A stretch of 56,669 nucleotides of DNA, filler included, from Sphacelaria rigidula (taxonomy: Eukaryota): NCBI GenBank assembly GCA_964200075.2. It is 7 parts of 7 records of this genome, joined end to end, with 100 filler letters (N's around TTAATTAATTAA, not from the genome) between each part and the next. Parts side by side here need not be neighbours in the genome. Positions count along the whole stretch, not along the records: positions 24,331 to 32,340 come from CAXNAA020012656.1; positions 32,441 to 40,450 come from CAXNAA020012657.1; 5 more parts are not named here. One strand, written 5' to 3'. A program made the position numbers and the translations under genes. The notes below the pieces were generated by a model. The model did not search any database and had not been told where the DNA came from. It worked only from the letters and a program-made list of their open reading frames with translations. Each line of letters begins with the position of its first letter. Position 1 is the first letter of the stretch. Below, one piece after another: positions 24,331 through 37,300 of the stretch.

Positions 24331-25987
24331 GGGGGGGGGGGGGTGTTGTGGGGGGGGGGGGGGGGGTTGGTGTTGTGTTTGGGGGGGGGGGGGGTGTGGG
24401 GGGTGGGGGGGGGGGGGGGGGGGAATGCGTGGTTTGGAGCTTCGTAATGAGGATCAGTAGAAGCCTTTCTAGCCCTAAGGACCTCAGAGGATTTCGGAAC
24501 GGTTTTTTGCAGGCCATTTACTGGCCCACGTTTGATATTTGTGTATTTAAATTTTGTGTGGGACCTCAATAGGGCATAATGAACTAAACAAAAGTGATCA
24601 GTATTTTTGTTCTTCACTGGTTTGGAGCGTTTTAGTATGGTAACGACCATTTTTTTACGAAAACGCCCGAATCTTCTCCCCAAAAAGATGAAGGCTATTT
24701 TTTTTCAATTTAGTGTACGTTATCCCCGCGTGCTACCAGCCTTGGCTTGTTCACATCCCCCTCCTCACGGAGATTTTGCTGCTGCATGTTGCAGATGAAT
24801 GGGGTTTGAATGTCAGCTAAGATTTTCAGCTCCTCAATGTGAGGGCTCATATTTCCTACAATTTTCAACATTTTGAAGGAGAATGAAGTCAAATAACGCA
24901 ATTTTGCTGGCCTCCGGCGGCGCTTCCGCGGGACCCCCTCACCAGCCGGGGGGAGGGCGTTTGCGGTTTCACTTCGCCGCTCGCCGCCTATGTTTTCCAG
25001 TTAATCTGTGAAGCCGATTAACTGGGGAAACATCGGTGTACCGGCCTCTGGCGCGGCCAGTTGAAACTTAACTGGCCAAAGCAGCTAGCTAGTTCACAGG
25101 CCTACAAAATACAAATGATGACCACTACTACCATCTGCACGCAGCCTAGATGATGGCCTTAGGTGTACAAACTCCCAGGATTTTTTCATAGACCAAGGTG
25201 GGACTTTGAAAACTGACTTCTCTGAAGAAGTCACTGGGGAAAGTCGTCCGTCGGGAATTTTTTCAGTGGTAAAGAAGGGGCCTTAATCGTCGCTAATTTT
25301 GTGCCGTGAGATGATGCGGTTTACATACCTTGTTCAAAATCGGGTGCCATTTGGATTTTGAACGAATCCCAAAAAAATGGCATCATTGTTTTTTTCAGCG
25401 AACAAACTTATGCAGCTTGGGATTAATGATTAGTACGCCCACGAACGTCGTCGAATTGATGTAAAATGCACCAAGAAAAACCGTATGCCCCAGGGCTATC
25501 AATTGGAACACCGCGCCTGAGCAGCGAAGCTGCACAGCGTGCGGACAAGAGTCCATTATTTTTGCAGCAAGCACGGGCCGCCCCCAACCCTCCATATCAC
25601 TAGGCGTTGCCTCCCTTTGGAGCAAACTATGTGAAGCCCATGTAAGACCGCGCGCCACGGCAGAAGTTCTTTCCATGCTGATGTTTTTTCGCGCTTAATA
25701 TGCTTTATTGCGCAATTATTATGTGAAAATGCGATGTGTCCCGTGTGAACATTGGTCGGGATGAACCGCCAATTCCTTGTAAAGCAAAACGTCAAGAAAA
25801 GTATCGAAGCTCGAGGTTTTTGTCTGAGAACCCCTCCATCACAGAAATACGCGAATCGCCCCGAACCTAATATCAGTCACGAAACTGGATAGCTTGAAGA
25901 CATGTCCGAGCCGTGATGGCAATGAGTCGACCCCAGCCGAAGGGGTGTTCCAAAATGATGCAGTGAGCTTCGAGACACGTTGCTATT

Positions 25988-27075
25988 CTACCCCATGTCG
26001 ACCCCAGCCGCCTCAACCACCGCCGCAAAGTCCGGAAACGCTGCTAGCCGTTTGGCATCATGCAATCGCCACAAAAATCGCACAGGTCGTTCGCCAGGCC
26101 AATGGTCGGCGTATCCAAGTCTCCCGCAGAACACGTACGGCTCGTTAGGGAGCCGGCAGAAGAGTAGCACTGTGTCGCTACCGCCTGATGGCGACTGTAT
26201 ACATGTGAATGTTGGAGCAGAAATTTCTGCAGCATTGTTTGTTGATGACGACTGCCGTTGGTCATCGCCAGACGACGCGAGCACAGGTGCTCGAGTAGCA
26301 CCAGCTGGCTTTGTTGCCAGCAGCTGTTGTTGGTCTCCTTCGCTTATTTCATCCCCTGTTTCACTGGCGCGGCTGTTGCCGCCGCTACGGCTAGTCCTAG
26401 TGGTTCTTAATGATGAAGCTGTGTCTGGCGTCTCGTCGGCGACAGGATCTGGAGTATCACCCCTTTCACCTTTTGCTCTTGTCAGTTCTCTCTCCGTTAG
26501 TGCCTCGGCATTCCCCGCCTTTATTACGGCCGGATGTTTTATCGGTCCAGCATCATCGTCCACCAACGTGTCTTCAGCCGTCTCGACGTCGCACTCGCTT
26601 CGTATGCCGGCCGTCATCTGAATACTCCTAGCAGGACCACTACTCCCGCTGGTGTCTGTAGCGGTCGCAGCGCTACTACAACGCCACTGCGAGGAGGAGG
26701 AACCTTCGGCTCCTGATTGCAGCAATCTCCTGACCGCGGCCGTCTCTGCAGTCATTCTACTGCCGGCGAACCACGTCATTCGCAAACCTCCGTTCGTCTG
26801 CGGCCCTCCTGCGCCGCCGTCACCGCCTGCGCTCTCTTCAGCGTCGGTGTCGACGGCCTCATCGCCACCAGTTCCGCGCTCCTTGTTCGATGCCGTCCTG
26901 CCACCGGTGGTGATGGTGTTGGTCGCAGCAACCGCTGTAGGCATGCCATCAACCTTGCCATCTCGTGCCTCAAGTCGAACCGAGCATTTCCGACCTTGGC
27001 CTTTTTCCGTTCGTGCTACTGGTGGTAGCCCGTCCCTCGTTCGCTTCCCTGGTGACACACAGAGTTCTTGTGCTT
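25988..27075 (-). CDS. Terminal exon of the DUF3427-like gene
   Basis: Long open frame (ORF 25988-27058) with an acceptor at 27076 and a TAG stop. Confidence 0.85.
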
Positions 27076-30000
27076 CTATCAGAGAAAATAATAATTAGCA
27101 TGACACGGGAAAAAGTTGGATCGTACGAACTGTCACGGACTCCGGTACGAGGTAACACATATTCTGTGTGAAGCTTAATTCAAGCCAAGACTTGAAAACG
27201 ACGGACCTGAAGCGTCTTGCTTTTATTCGCCTGTTAAATCGGCGTCATGTTGACCTGAGAGTTGACTCAAGGCGTCCATCTGTGGACGCTGAAAGAGCAA
27301 ATAAGCTGTTACTCCAGATACGAGTATACATCAAGGTTACACCTCTGCAGGACTTACCCGTCGACATGTGCGTGTGTCCCATATTTACGATCACAGTTGT
27401 CATATTTCGAACGGATCCACGGTTAGGACAAATCATCACGACTCCAATTCACCAAATTCACGATTTCTTCGGCCTGACTGCCCGAAATGGAGAAAAAACT
27501 TGATCGCTGGTCAAAGGGGTGTCCACGCAACTTTTGCGCCATTCCACGAGTCTGGGCTGCGTGTACCTGAGTTGCAACGCTGCAATAAAGCCTAGGGATC
27601 GATTCGTCACGAGTCGACTCATTATACTAGAACCAAGTAATTTTCAGACGAATCATTACTTGTCCGACCCTTGAACGGATCCAACAGAAGAAAAACGAGT
27701 AGGCTCACCTAGTTCCGTAGTCTGCTGAGGTGCCGAGTTCCCCGAAGCGTCGCAGTTGTAGGCGCCATTTCCGTCCTCGACCACCGTTCGTTCAAACAAG
27801 TTGGTGTAATCGCCACCTTTGTCTCCAACATTTACCCACAAGAATATGGCGTTTTTCCATTCAGTTATGCCCGACATCCTGCTTGCGAGCAATAGGTGAA
27901 AAAGGAAAAAATACGAAGCGGCATCCGGTGTGTGTGTGAGAGAGAGCAACATTACCAGACACGAAACATGAGGGCATAGCCTAAAACGAAAACGTGAAAC
28001 ACAGGCTGCTCACGTAATGTCTTGTAGCGAAGAAAATTACGCGTCTCATGGCGTCACGATTGCACGTTAAGTGTACGTATACCGTACTAGACTTCGGCCA
28101 CATGCACTACTAGAGTGTTCACACTTGAAGGAAACGACAACGGGTACGCGCTATATGCGTAAGCTTTCGACTCAGAAGTCGATTAAAGCACTCCAGAGTG
28201 ACCGTTCTGGCGAATCCCGCCCACTGAACGCTGTGGAATCCGGCCGATGCACTGCCGAAGTGCGCATAAAAGTGGACGGGTCAGTGTAAAGATGCCCTGG
28301 ACAAAATGTGCTACGTGAGGTACCCTTTTTTGGTGTGGGACATAATTTTCAAATCCTGTGCTAGCATACTGGAGCTACATCTGAAAACTATTTTCATCTC
28401 ATTTCACGAGACATCTGTTTGGCTGACGACGATGGGATCTTCACGCACGGCAACTTCATGTACACGTGGCTGTATACTTGCGTGTGCGTATTCATGTATA
28501 TAAATCTTGTGCTCCACAACTTGAAGTACATGAAGTCCGTCAAAGCAGTCTCGGGTTTGTTTTTCCTGCCTTAACCCTCGAAATTCTGGATTTGTTTAGG
28601 GTTGGAACACGTTTTGCTGACCACGATGGGGTCTTCACCCACGGCAACTAAATGTACACGTGGCTGTATACTTACGTATGCGTATTCATGTATATACATT
28701 TTGTGCTCCACAACTTGAAGTACGTGAATTCCGTCAAAGCAGCCTCTGTTTTTTGTTCCTGCCTCCATCCTCGAAATTCTGGATTTGTTTAGGGTTGGAA
28801 CACAATAAATTGCGGGGAATGGTCAAGTCCATCGGTTGCACTTGCAGTGTAAAAAGGATCAGTCGTGCGGAAAAATAGCCGAAATGTGGTGGTTGTGGAA
28901 AAAAACAGTTTCTGCAAAATCGCGGCGAGGGGGTCCGGCGAGATGTTGATCATTAGTCTGGATATTCTTCAGTAATATTCGCTGCAGCGTTCATGTCGGC
29001 TTCTAGTCGAGTCATTTTTCGCTGTTCTTCGAGACCTTCTTATAATGTTTTCCGTCCCCTTGCGCCAGGTACGTCTAATTGGCTACCACAGGTAGCGTCG
29101 CGGTGGAAGACTCCATGTGCCACCATCGAATAACCAAGCAGAAAACGGCTGTATCCAGGACCAGAATTTCTCAATGTTTTCCCCACTCTTCACCCTTTTT
29201 GTGCAACCGTGGACGCATAGGGCCTGGAAAAAATTAGATAAACTGCGTTTCGCGTCAGATGTGTGGACTCTTGCCGAGGAACATTGTCACCATAGCAGCA
29301 GCCGCATCGTTTTTTGCTAGACCTTGCCGCAGGTCGTGCTGGCGGCGCATCAGTACGTTTGAGAGGCCTGAAGACTTTTAGTTTGCTTCCAAAACCCGGT
29401 GATTCAGACGGAGGCGACGCTGAACTGTGATCAACAACTGTTTGATCACCAACAGGAGCGTGGTCGATCGTGATAACACCGTCGGGCTACGTTCACGTGG
29501 TACCTTGAAACAAGTCAGTATCCGTCGACGATGTCGACAACCGCCCACAAGCCGCTGTTATGATGAAATTGAATTTAAACATTGAGTGGAGAGTAGACTG
29601 TTCGACTGAAATGATCAAGGTGCAACTCCGTTGAACGTTTGACGTGAGACTCGGGCGAACAGGGTGGGTCTACAGGTGGAAGTTGAACATTCTAGTTGGA
29701 AGCGGAACAATGTGCTTGACGTTAAAAAATCAAGCCCAAGGCGACGTTGGTTTTGGGCCTTCGATTGGAAGGTCTGACTCGGAAGTCGACCTGAACGTCT
29801 AGTCTTCACGTGAAAAGCAGGGAGCTCGAGTGACCGTCTGACATCTATTGCGAAAGTCCAACTCAAAGGTCAAACTTCCGCGTAGATGCAGTCTTCACTT
29901 ATAAGATCCAGGTCGAACTTTGCGCTTCACTCGAAGTCTGTCCTAAACCAATGACATAGGAATTGAGTGCTTCACCGAAACGTTGCGGGCTTTTTGGCGC

Positions 30001-30728
30001 TTGTACTGGTGAACGCAGATTTCATTTTCGGAGGCCCGCGTTTACTTGACCCGATTGTTTCTCGCCGCAGCTCATGTGAACCGTGTACATTAGCTGAGTT
30101 CTTAATAGGATTTTCTGCGTAAAGCTCGACTTCTCGACGAGTGCGGAACCAATCTGGTTCCCAAAGGTATCCTCGAGTGCCTTTGCCTTCGCCTGCGGAG
30201 TGATACCGCCATGTGCCGGCTGGCTTGTCGGTATGCGAAGTAAATCTTATTCACAGCGCTTGGGCCTTCACGCATCTGGCCGCTGTCCTACAACGACCAA
30301 TTGCACGGACCAGAATCAATGACACCTGAGAAGGAACTTCGGTGCTTATGCAAGAAGTCACCTGTAAACTCGCCTAGATCCTGGGGTATCTGTTTAGCAA
30401 CCCTGTTCACGCTGTACGCACCTTGTTCAACTATTACATAACCTACGGACACCATGAGATGCGGATATCGTTCACCAGCAGCCACATGTGCAGAGAAGCG
30501 CCCAAAGAATGTTCGTTATGATAACGACATAGCAGTTCAGTTGCAAAACAGAGGATGTATGTGTACGGCTTTGCACTGCTGCGTACCAGCATGCGTTTCC
30601 TACTGTACCTGCTGAACTTGGGTGGAACTGTCTTGGATGAAGCCCCCATGACCGCATCCTTGCCGAAGGAAGGAAAACGCCTCCCGAGATATCGCTCCAT
30701 CAGCAATGCCACATCGCATTCCAGGTTT
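25988..30728 (-). CDS. Spliced gene (5' incomplete) with a DUF3427-like domain. Exons: 30609-30728, 27709-27878, 25988-27075
   Basis: Phase-consistent junctions (AGCAG|gtacag ... cag|GATG; CTAG|gtgagc ... gatag|AAGCA). Conserved-looking blocks: LGRRFPSFGKDAVM, PKFSRMSGITEWKNAIFLWVNV...DYTNLF, GGLRMTWFAGSRM, VLLFCRLPNEPYVFCGRLGYADHWPGERPVRFLWRL. The domain name is from motif recall, not a search. Confidence 0.8.
27418..27673 (+). mobile_element. MITE family A copy in an intron
   Basis: CACGGTTAGGACAAATC ... CTTGTCCGACCCTTG; perfect 8-bp TSD AACGGATC (27410-27417, 27674-27681). Confidence 0.9.
27709..27878 (-). CDS. Internal exon of the DUF3427-like gene
   Basis: aagcag|G ATG TCG...GAA CTA G|gtgagc; MSGITEWKNAIFLWVNVGDKGGDYTNLF... 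Confidence 0.82.
28422..28803. repeat. Tandem duplication, ~195-bp unit x2
   Basis: GCTGAC...TAGGGTTGGAACAC repeated from ~28422 and ~28616. Confidence 0.85.
29000..29980 (-). pseudogene. Probable KDZ (Kyakuja-Dileera-Zisupton) transposase relic
   Basis: Frameshifted blocks in KDZ order: KFDLDLI, GGCRH, AMVTMFLGKSPH..ETQF, VHGCTKRVKSGENIEKFWSWIQPF (cf. GExxExxWS). Confidence 0.5.
30609..30728 (-). CDS. Internal exon of the DUF3427-like gene
   Basis: cattag|A AAC CTG...AGC AG|gtacag; NLECDVALLMERYLGRRFPSFGKDAVMGASSKTVPPKFS. Confidence 0.75.
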
Positions 30729-31589
30729 CTAATGGCAAAGCAGCAACATGGGCGGGTGGGGAAGCAGATTGGATGTACGTATACTACAACGACGCAGTCT
30801 ACATGAAACGTACTACTGTTCACAAAACGTCTTCCTCAGCACAAGCCGCTGGCAAAAAGGACCGCGCAGTTGACCAAATTATCTCGAAACGTGCGACTGA
30901 CGGAGAGAGTGATGACTCAAGCGTTCGCTCTCTGTACTGTAACAGCCAGGCGCTCACGTCTTTTGGTATGATTCGTACCGCCCTACAGCATTCATTACTT
31001 TTTTCGCTTGCTCATTTTCCGATCATACCTCCTCTCAACCGTTCCCCGTTCCGTAGACAAGTCCGTCCTCTCAAGGAATCGATCGGCCCAAATTCATCCC
31101 GGTAAATACCTGACATTGTCATCATCAAGGACTGGATCAGCACCCCGCGCCTTGCCGACTTTCCGTCAATGTTCCACAAGCACATGCACGATGTACACTC
31201 GCGTGTGGAACTCCCCACTACAAAGCAATAATAGCTTACATATGCGCCATCAATACTCAAACGATTTCGCATCATAAAACGCACAACTCAACCAGCAAGT
31301 GGCACAGCACAGGCCAAGAACGCGACACCACAGGAAAACGACGAAGTTTGGAAATATTTTGGGTGACCGGCCGAAACCGTAACTCTCCAAAGAGGGCATG
31401 ATACAATTGTACGAAGGAGGCATTTACGTTTCTGGTGCGCTTCAAAATAGTCATGTGAGGGGTCGCCGACGTCTGCACTTACCGCAGACTAAGGTTAACC
31501 CCATCCACGAGCGAGGTACCACGTAACAGGCGAGGTAACACCGGCAAACAGATTATTTGAAAGAATGAGATTCACCACCCCTCAAAATG

Positions 31590-31980
31590 GTGAGACGCCC
31601 ATGAGGAAGTGTGAAAGCCGTGGCCGCCTCTCGAAGTGGCGATTCCAGAAAATGAACTAACTCATTGAAGGCTGACATCCAAATACAAGATAGTCAGTAC
31701 ACTTCGGGCCGAACAATCTTGGCAGGATGCAATTCACTCTTCAAGCGACTTGCCGAACACATCACGGCGCTTCTCGCTTGGTGATTGATTGCGAGCCTGA
31801 TCCGGCGAAACCCGGCGTGCTCCGTCCCGGCTTTGTAGGGATGCAAGGGCAATGGCCATATGACTACGCCATTCAAGATCTTTAGTACACCCCAAAGGGT
31901 CTTGCTCCGTCTTGAAAGGGATGCGTTGCCGATGGTCCAACGACTGAGGCAAGCAACAAATGAGGACGCCACCCCCCCTA
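31590..31980 (-). repeat. Family G copy
   Basis: Reverse complement aligns with 15655-16050. Confidence 0.8.
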
Positions 31981-32340
31981 ACCCCGAAACAGCGCTTTGC
32001 CTTACCTAAAACTGATCATGACCGATGACATTCTCTCCCGTACTGACACTTCTTTCGTGACCTTCGCCAACTCTATACGCCCACAGTGGTATGTGAAATC
32101 ACCCTTTTGCCTCGATTTTGAGGTGACGGACTCAGCAGCGAAAGCCGTTTTCGCCCAGAGCCGCGAGCGCACAGAGTTGGTCAAAGTGGCTGATGGGTCA
32201 TTGACATGATCGAGGGGCCATGGGCCAGAAAAACGTCATTGGTCAGAGCCATCCTACGATAGCGGGGGAGGTATTTGGTTGCACGAAAAAAGAAGCTGAT
32301 TAGTGTGTCAGACATCCTTCCACACTTGCGTTGCGCTTGT

Positions 32341-32440
32341 NNNNNNNNNNNNNNNNNNNNNNNNNNNNNNNNNNNNNNNNNNNNTTAATTAATTAANNNN
32401 NNNNNNNNNNNNNNNNNNNNNNNNNNNNNNNNNNNNNNNN
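32341..32440. other. Artificial contig linker
   Basis: N-run with TTAATTAATTAA. Confidence 0.98.
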
Positions 32441-32819
32441 AAGCAACTACTCCATGCAGTACACGAATTAATGAAAGGCGTGTCTTGTTTTGTGAGGAAG
32501 AGAGAGAGAAAAAAAAAAAACGGTTATCATGAGGAAGGCGTGTGGCAGGGTAGACAGAAACCTACGGGGGAGATTGTCGTTGGAGATATCGTCCTGATGC
32601 CGAAGGGCTTCCGAGCCTCGCTATGATTCCTACTGTGATATGTGGGCAAGAAGTAGGTCAGACGTGAACGTGATCACCGTTGGGTGACCAGCTTCACGCC
32701 ACAACCAATCGCAGAAGCAGCCTCTCTCTATACTGTGGCATTGAATAAACACCTCATGTAAATTTTAGCTACCTGCGGTCAGTGACCGTGCATGCTTGGC
32801 AAAACCCATTAATTTCGGT

Positions 32820-34035
32820 ATTTTCTGTCATGTTACTGCGTCATGTGTAACATATTTCCAATAGATGCCTTTGCACTTTAGTGCTGTTTGCATCTGCCGG
32901 TAATACATGACTGGGTACTGGGACACTGTTCGGTCCACGGGCGTCTGGCTTATTTATGCCCGGGTTTTGGGATGTCTTCGGTTCCGCTGATACCGGAGTA
33001 GGACAAAGTCCTCGCGTTAGTAATAAAGCGGTGGGTATTAAGTACTTAACCTGTGAGCATTGTGCTCTTTTGGTGAATCATCGTCAAAATGATAGGGTTG
33101 GGGACTGGACCAGTATCTACTGACAGTATTCCTGTACCGGCAGTTTTCCTGTACTGCGCCAGAGGCTGCCAGTACAGCCAGTACATACGCATCTTACAGT
33201 ACGTCCTATAGTATGCCTCCTAAACCACATGGAAACCCACCGAAACTGCGCCGCATGAGAGGCAGGAGAGGAGAGAGGATGAGAATAGGGCACACACACA
33301 CACACACTAGAGGGAGACCACAGAATCGATGGACCAATATGTCACTAGCAGCAGCAGGTCGTCGGCTTCAGACCCGACCCGCCGCGACCTCCAGCGAATC
33401 ACGATTTTCGAAGTTTTTCTCTGGGTATAATAACAACTATTTGAAGAAGAAACGTTTTCAAACCCGGGCAGACATCATCGAAGTGGCCCAAAATCACCCA
33501 AAAAATAGCTTCTAGTGAAGCCAAATCGCGTAAAAATACGCCTCCGGCAGGGCGCCTCCGGCGGGGCCCCCTCACCAGCCGGGGGGGGGCGGTGGTCGCG
33601 GCGCAGCCGTGAATACGCGGCTTCTCCGCGAGAACAATGTACTGATAGGACCCAGGAAACTGGCTGCGGAGAGCAGCCAGTTTACCTGGCACTGGCGCGT
33701 AGCGCCAGTCCCCAACCCTACAAAATGACCCTTGATCCTTGTCATTTTGTGTCATACAACTGTGTCAGTGTGACATATTTCCATTAGATGCAATTGCACT
33801 TTGGTGCTTGCTGGCTACATCAGCTGGTTATACATGACTGAGCACTGGGATAATGTTCGGTCCACGGGCGCCTGGGTTATTTATGCCCGTTTTTGGAATG
33901 TCTTCGGTTCCGCGGACACCAGAGTAGAACAAAGTCCTCGCGTTAGTGCGGTGGGTATGATGTTTTTCATCCTGTGAGCATTGTGGTCTTTTGGCGAAAC
34001 ATCGTCGAGATGACCCTTGCTTGCTTCTTGTCAGC
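32820..34035. repeat. Tandem ~290-bp direct repeat x2, first unit split by a hAT MITE
   Basis: 32820-33092 resembles 33745-34013. Confidence 0.8.
33093..33720. mobile_element. hAT-type non-autonomous element
   Basis: Perfect 16-bp TIR TAGGGTTGGGGACTGG and perfect 8-bp TSD CAAAATGA. Confidence 0.92.
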
Positions 34036-34339
34036 ATCTAACCACGTTGCGGAGAGGATATCTTCCTTTGTACCCCCGTCACCGCTGACATGCTAGATGT
34101 TATTCCATTCATGTCTGTATTGATCTAACGTCGTTTCATGTGTAAGTCTCACCGATTTCCGAATTGTAACCCTAGGCTACTACTCAACCCTTGAGCGTTT
34201 TGCTAGGAAGCTCGAACAGTCTGTTGAACAGTCACTCCCGTTTCCATTTTCACGTATTTTTGGATTTCGGATCTGGTCATGAGCACGCCGCTAACCCATT
34301 GATTGTCATGACGGTATTTATCGATTAGATGTATACATT

Positions 34340-37300
34340 ATGGTACTTCGTCGGCTCCGTAGGTTAGGTCGGCTGCTGGGCCATAGCCTTTAGTAGTCTC
34401 GACCGATGTTTATAGTTGTGAAGATTTTTCCGTAACCCAACACTTTTTGCAACAACGTAACGCTCTATTTTAGGTCAAGTTTCGTCTGGTTCGTCCATCT
34501 CTGGTAGAGGTATCCCTTTGCCTAAAAACGACTCGCCCAACTTATCGAAATCCGGTGCTGGTGGTGTATTTCTAGGGTGATAATTCTTCAAGTGAGCGAG
34601 GCGTACTGACACTTCTTTAGAGTCGTCGTCTATTTTGATTCTGTGCACAACCAGCGATCGCCTCTCCCGTAGAGTGAAAGGTCCTCTCCATGGTAATTGG
34701 ATTTTCGGGTCAGGCCCTTCTGAGTTCTGGTATGGTCGATACAGGAGTACCTTTTGACCGGGTTTGAACACTGGGAACGACTTTCATTTGTTGTTTTTTT
34801 GTTTTCTTGCTCCTTCGCTCTCTCCCGTAGAGCTTGTCTCGCAAGTTCAAATACCGACTGTAATTTTTCCCGTTTTCCTTGGAAATTCCTTGGGTGTTGC
34901 TGCTTGGCTTTCCTCAGGGGTGCCGAGGATGATGTTAACTGGTAATCTGGGCTATCTTCCGAACAATAGAAAGTACGGTGTCTCCTCTACAGTGTCGTGA
35001 TAGGATGTGTTGTACACCATTTGGATGAACGGAATCATGGATGCCCGATTTTTGTTTCCAACCGACATATCCATAGCTAATATCGCGTGATAGTGGAGTG
35101 GACTCTTTCCAACACTGAGTTACCTTGCGGGCGTAACGGCGTCGTGTGAGTTTTATTGAAACCCAGCTCTTGTTGCAGTGCGTACATTAGCCTGTTTTCA
35201 AATTCGGCTCCTTGGTCGGAATGCAGTTTTTCCGGAATGTCAAATGTAGTAAATAAACACTCTATCAATGAGAGTTTTGGCTATTGACGTAGCCTTTTTA
35301 TTCGACGTTGGAATGAGCAAAGCATTCCTTGTGAGGTGGTCCATTATGGACGGTACATATTTACATACTTCCTCTGTTTCATGAGTCTGTGCAGTTATGG
35401 ACGTTTAATCGTTCGGGTGTTTCAACGCTGACGATCATCCTACAGTTGGGCTCGTCAGAGAAATAACGCGCAGACAAAGCTGACTAGGAAAAAGAAGAGA
35501 ATAAAAAACTTGTTTTCACTTCTAAAATTATGTCAACATATACCTCATTTTGGCCCTTTTGGTCCACATATACCCCAATGTTGACTGATTTTGGACGTTT
35601 TTACGCCGAGCACTCGCGATTACATGCTGAAAAATTGTTAGATGGAGCGTGCGTAGGTAGGTTAACGTCATGGAGATATTCAAGTCAGTGGTGGTTTTGC
35701 GGCTTTCACATTTTTTTCACAATTTTTCGCGATTCCCGGGTCTCCTATGCTTTACTGGGAAAAAGAGCGAAAAATGGCCATACTTTGACCGACCTACTTT
35801 TTTTCGGCCGCGATGCTGCACGGGTCAAGCGCCCACGTTGTAGAAAGAGTGTTGTTTCTAGCTCAAAAAAAGCCAACGAACACAACCAAAAAATCGAAAA
35901 TCAAATCGGACATTGTGAAGGGCTCGTAAAAACATAACTGCACATACTTATGAAACAGGGGAAGTAGTACTTCAGCGTTTGACATCGAAGCCGTTTTGTA
36001 TTCGACTAGGTCTACCCGACACTTTTTCGTATGGCCGTTCTACCGGAACACGTCCCTTTGGCAATTTCGGCCGGTTGTGGGCCGTTTTTCGGCGTCGGCA
36101 ACCCTGACATAGGGTGTGTACTCCAGTGCTTGCTCTTTTTGCACTTCTTTGCGGTCGACTGGCATGAAGACGTTCGTGGCGCTTACGCTTACTGATTTCA
36201 CAGTGAACAGCTCTCTGCCAGTTCGTACCGGCTTTCAATCATCGACCCGCTTAGCTGATATTTGAAACTGGCGTTGTCGTGAGAGGGTGTCCTGAATGAC
36301 ATGAAGTTTCTCTGATCTGTGTCTGACCGTGAAAGTCATACGATTGTGAAGCGATCGCCCAAACGGCTCAACATGTTGCTCGTATCTTACATTGTATACA
36401 AATATCGAATAGCTGCATGATCTGTTACACACGTCAAGTGACGGCCACATAAGAACGGTCTGAAATGCCGCATGGCTAGTACGACGGCATACCATCCTTT
36501 CATGGTGGGTGAGTAGCGATAATGAGCGTCGTTGAAACGTTGACTGAAAGTATGCTACGACTACATCATCGTCGTCTTTCTTCTGGGACAGATACGCTCC
36601 CGCGCCTCGGTCTGACGCATCGGCATTTATCGTCAAGTCTTCAGTGAAATCTGGAAGATGAATGACGGGCTCCTCGGCCATTAATTGTTTGATTTTATCC
36701 GGAAGCCTCATCATGCTCGGTATTCCAGAGTTTTGACATTTGTTTCGCCGCTTCTTCCTTCGTAAGATTTACCGGATCTACATATCCAGGTGCTAAATCT
36801 AAACTAGATGTGACCGGATGATCGTTCAGGGGGATTTTAGACAGTTTCGATTTGTAATTACCAGTCACTGCTTATAAATTGTCATGTATTCTGGCAGCAG
36901 GTTGAACATGTGTCACGTGGAATGTGACGTTACCGTTTCATTGGGGTACCGCGCAGAACGTAGCCTGATATGAGTCTCAAACAAGTTGAGCTTCATTTTC
37001 GACGATTATTTACCCTTTTCCGGTGTATCGCTTTTTCGACGGCTGTTATAAAGGCTGCTTGGGAACCAACTCCAATCGTGTTCTTGTTCAGTTTCTGATT
37101 TATACTCGTACATACTTTCACGTCACAACTGGGGGCTGTTTTGGTGCCCCACCGGAGGAGTTACTGTATTGACTAGAAAACCCGCTTTTCTCCGATATCT
37201 TTCACCAGAGGGTTGGCATTGTTTCTCCATTGCAAGGGTACTGAGATGTGAAACATTGAACAATCTGCAGTTTTCAAGTCCTCTCAACTTTGTGAGCTGA

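Noticed and set aside
24331-24423. G-rich tract encoding poly-Pro/Gly or forming a G4
   Set aside because: Contig-edge poly-G with noise, typical of sequencing error.
31483-31560. Upstream exon of the DUF3427-like gene ending CTGCG|gtaagt
   Set aside because: The donor is phase-compatible, but there is no convincing acceptor or start before an in-frame stop; left uncalled.
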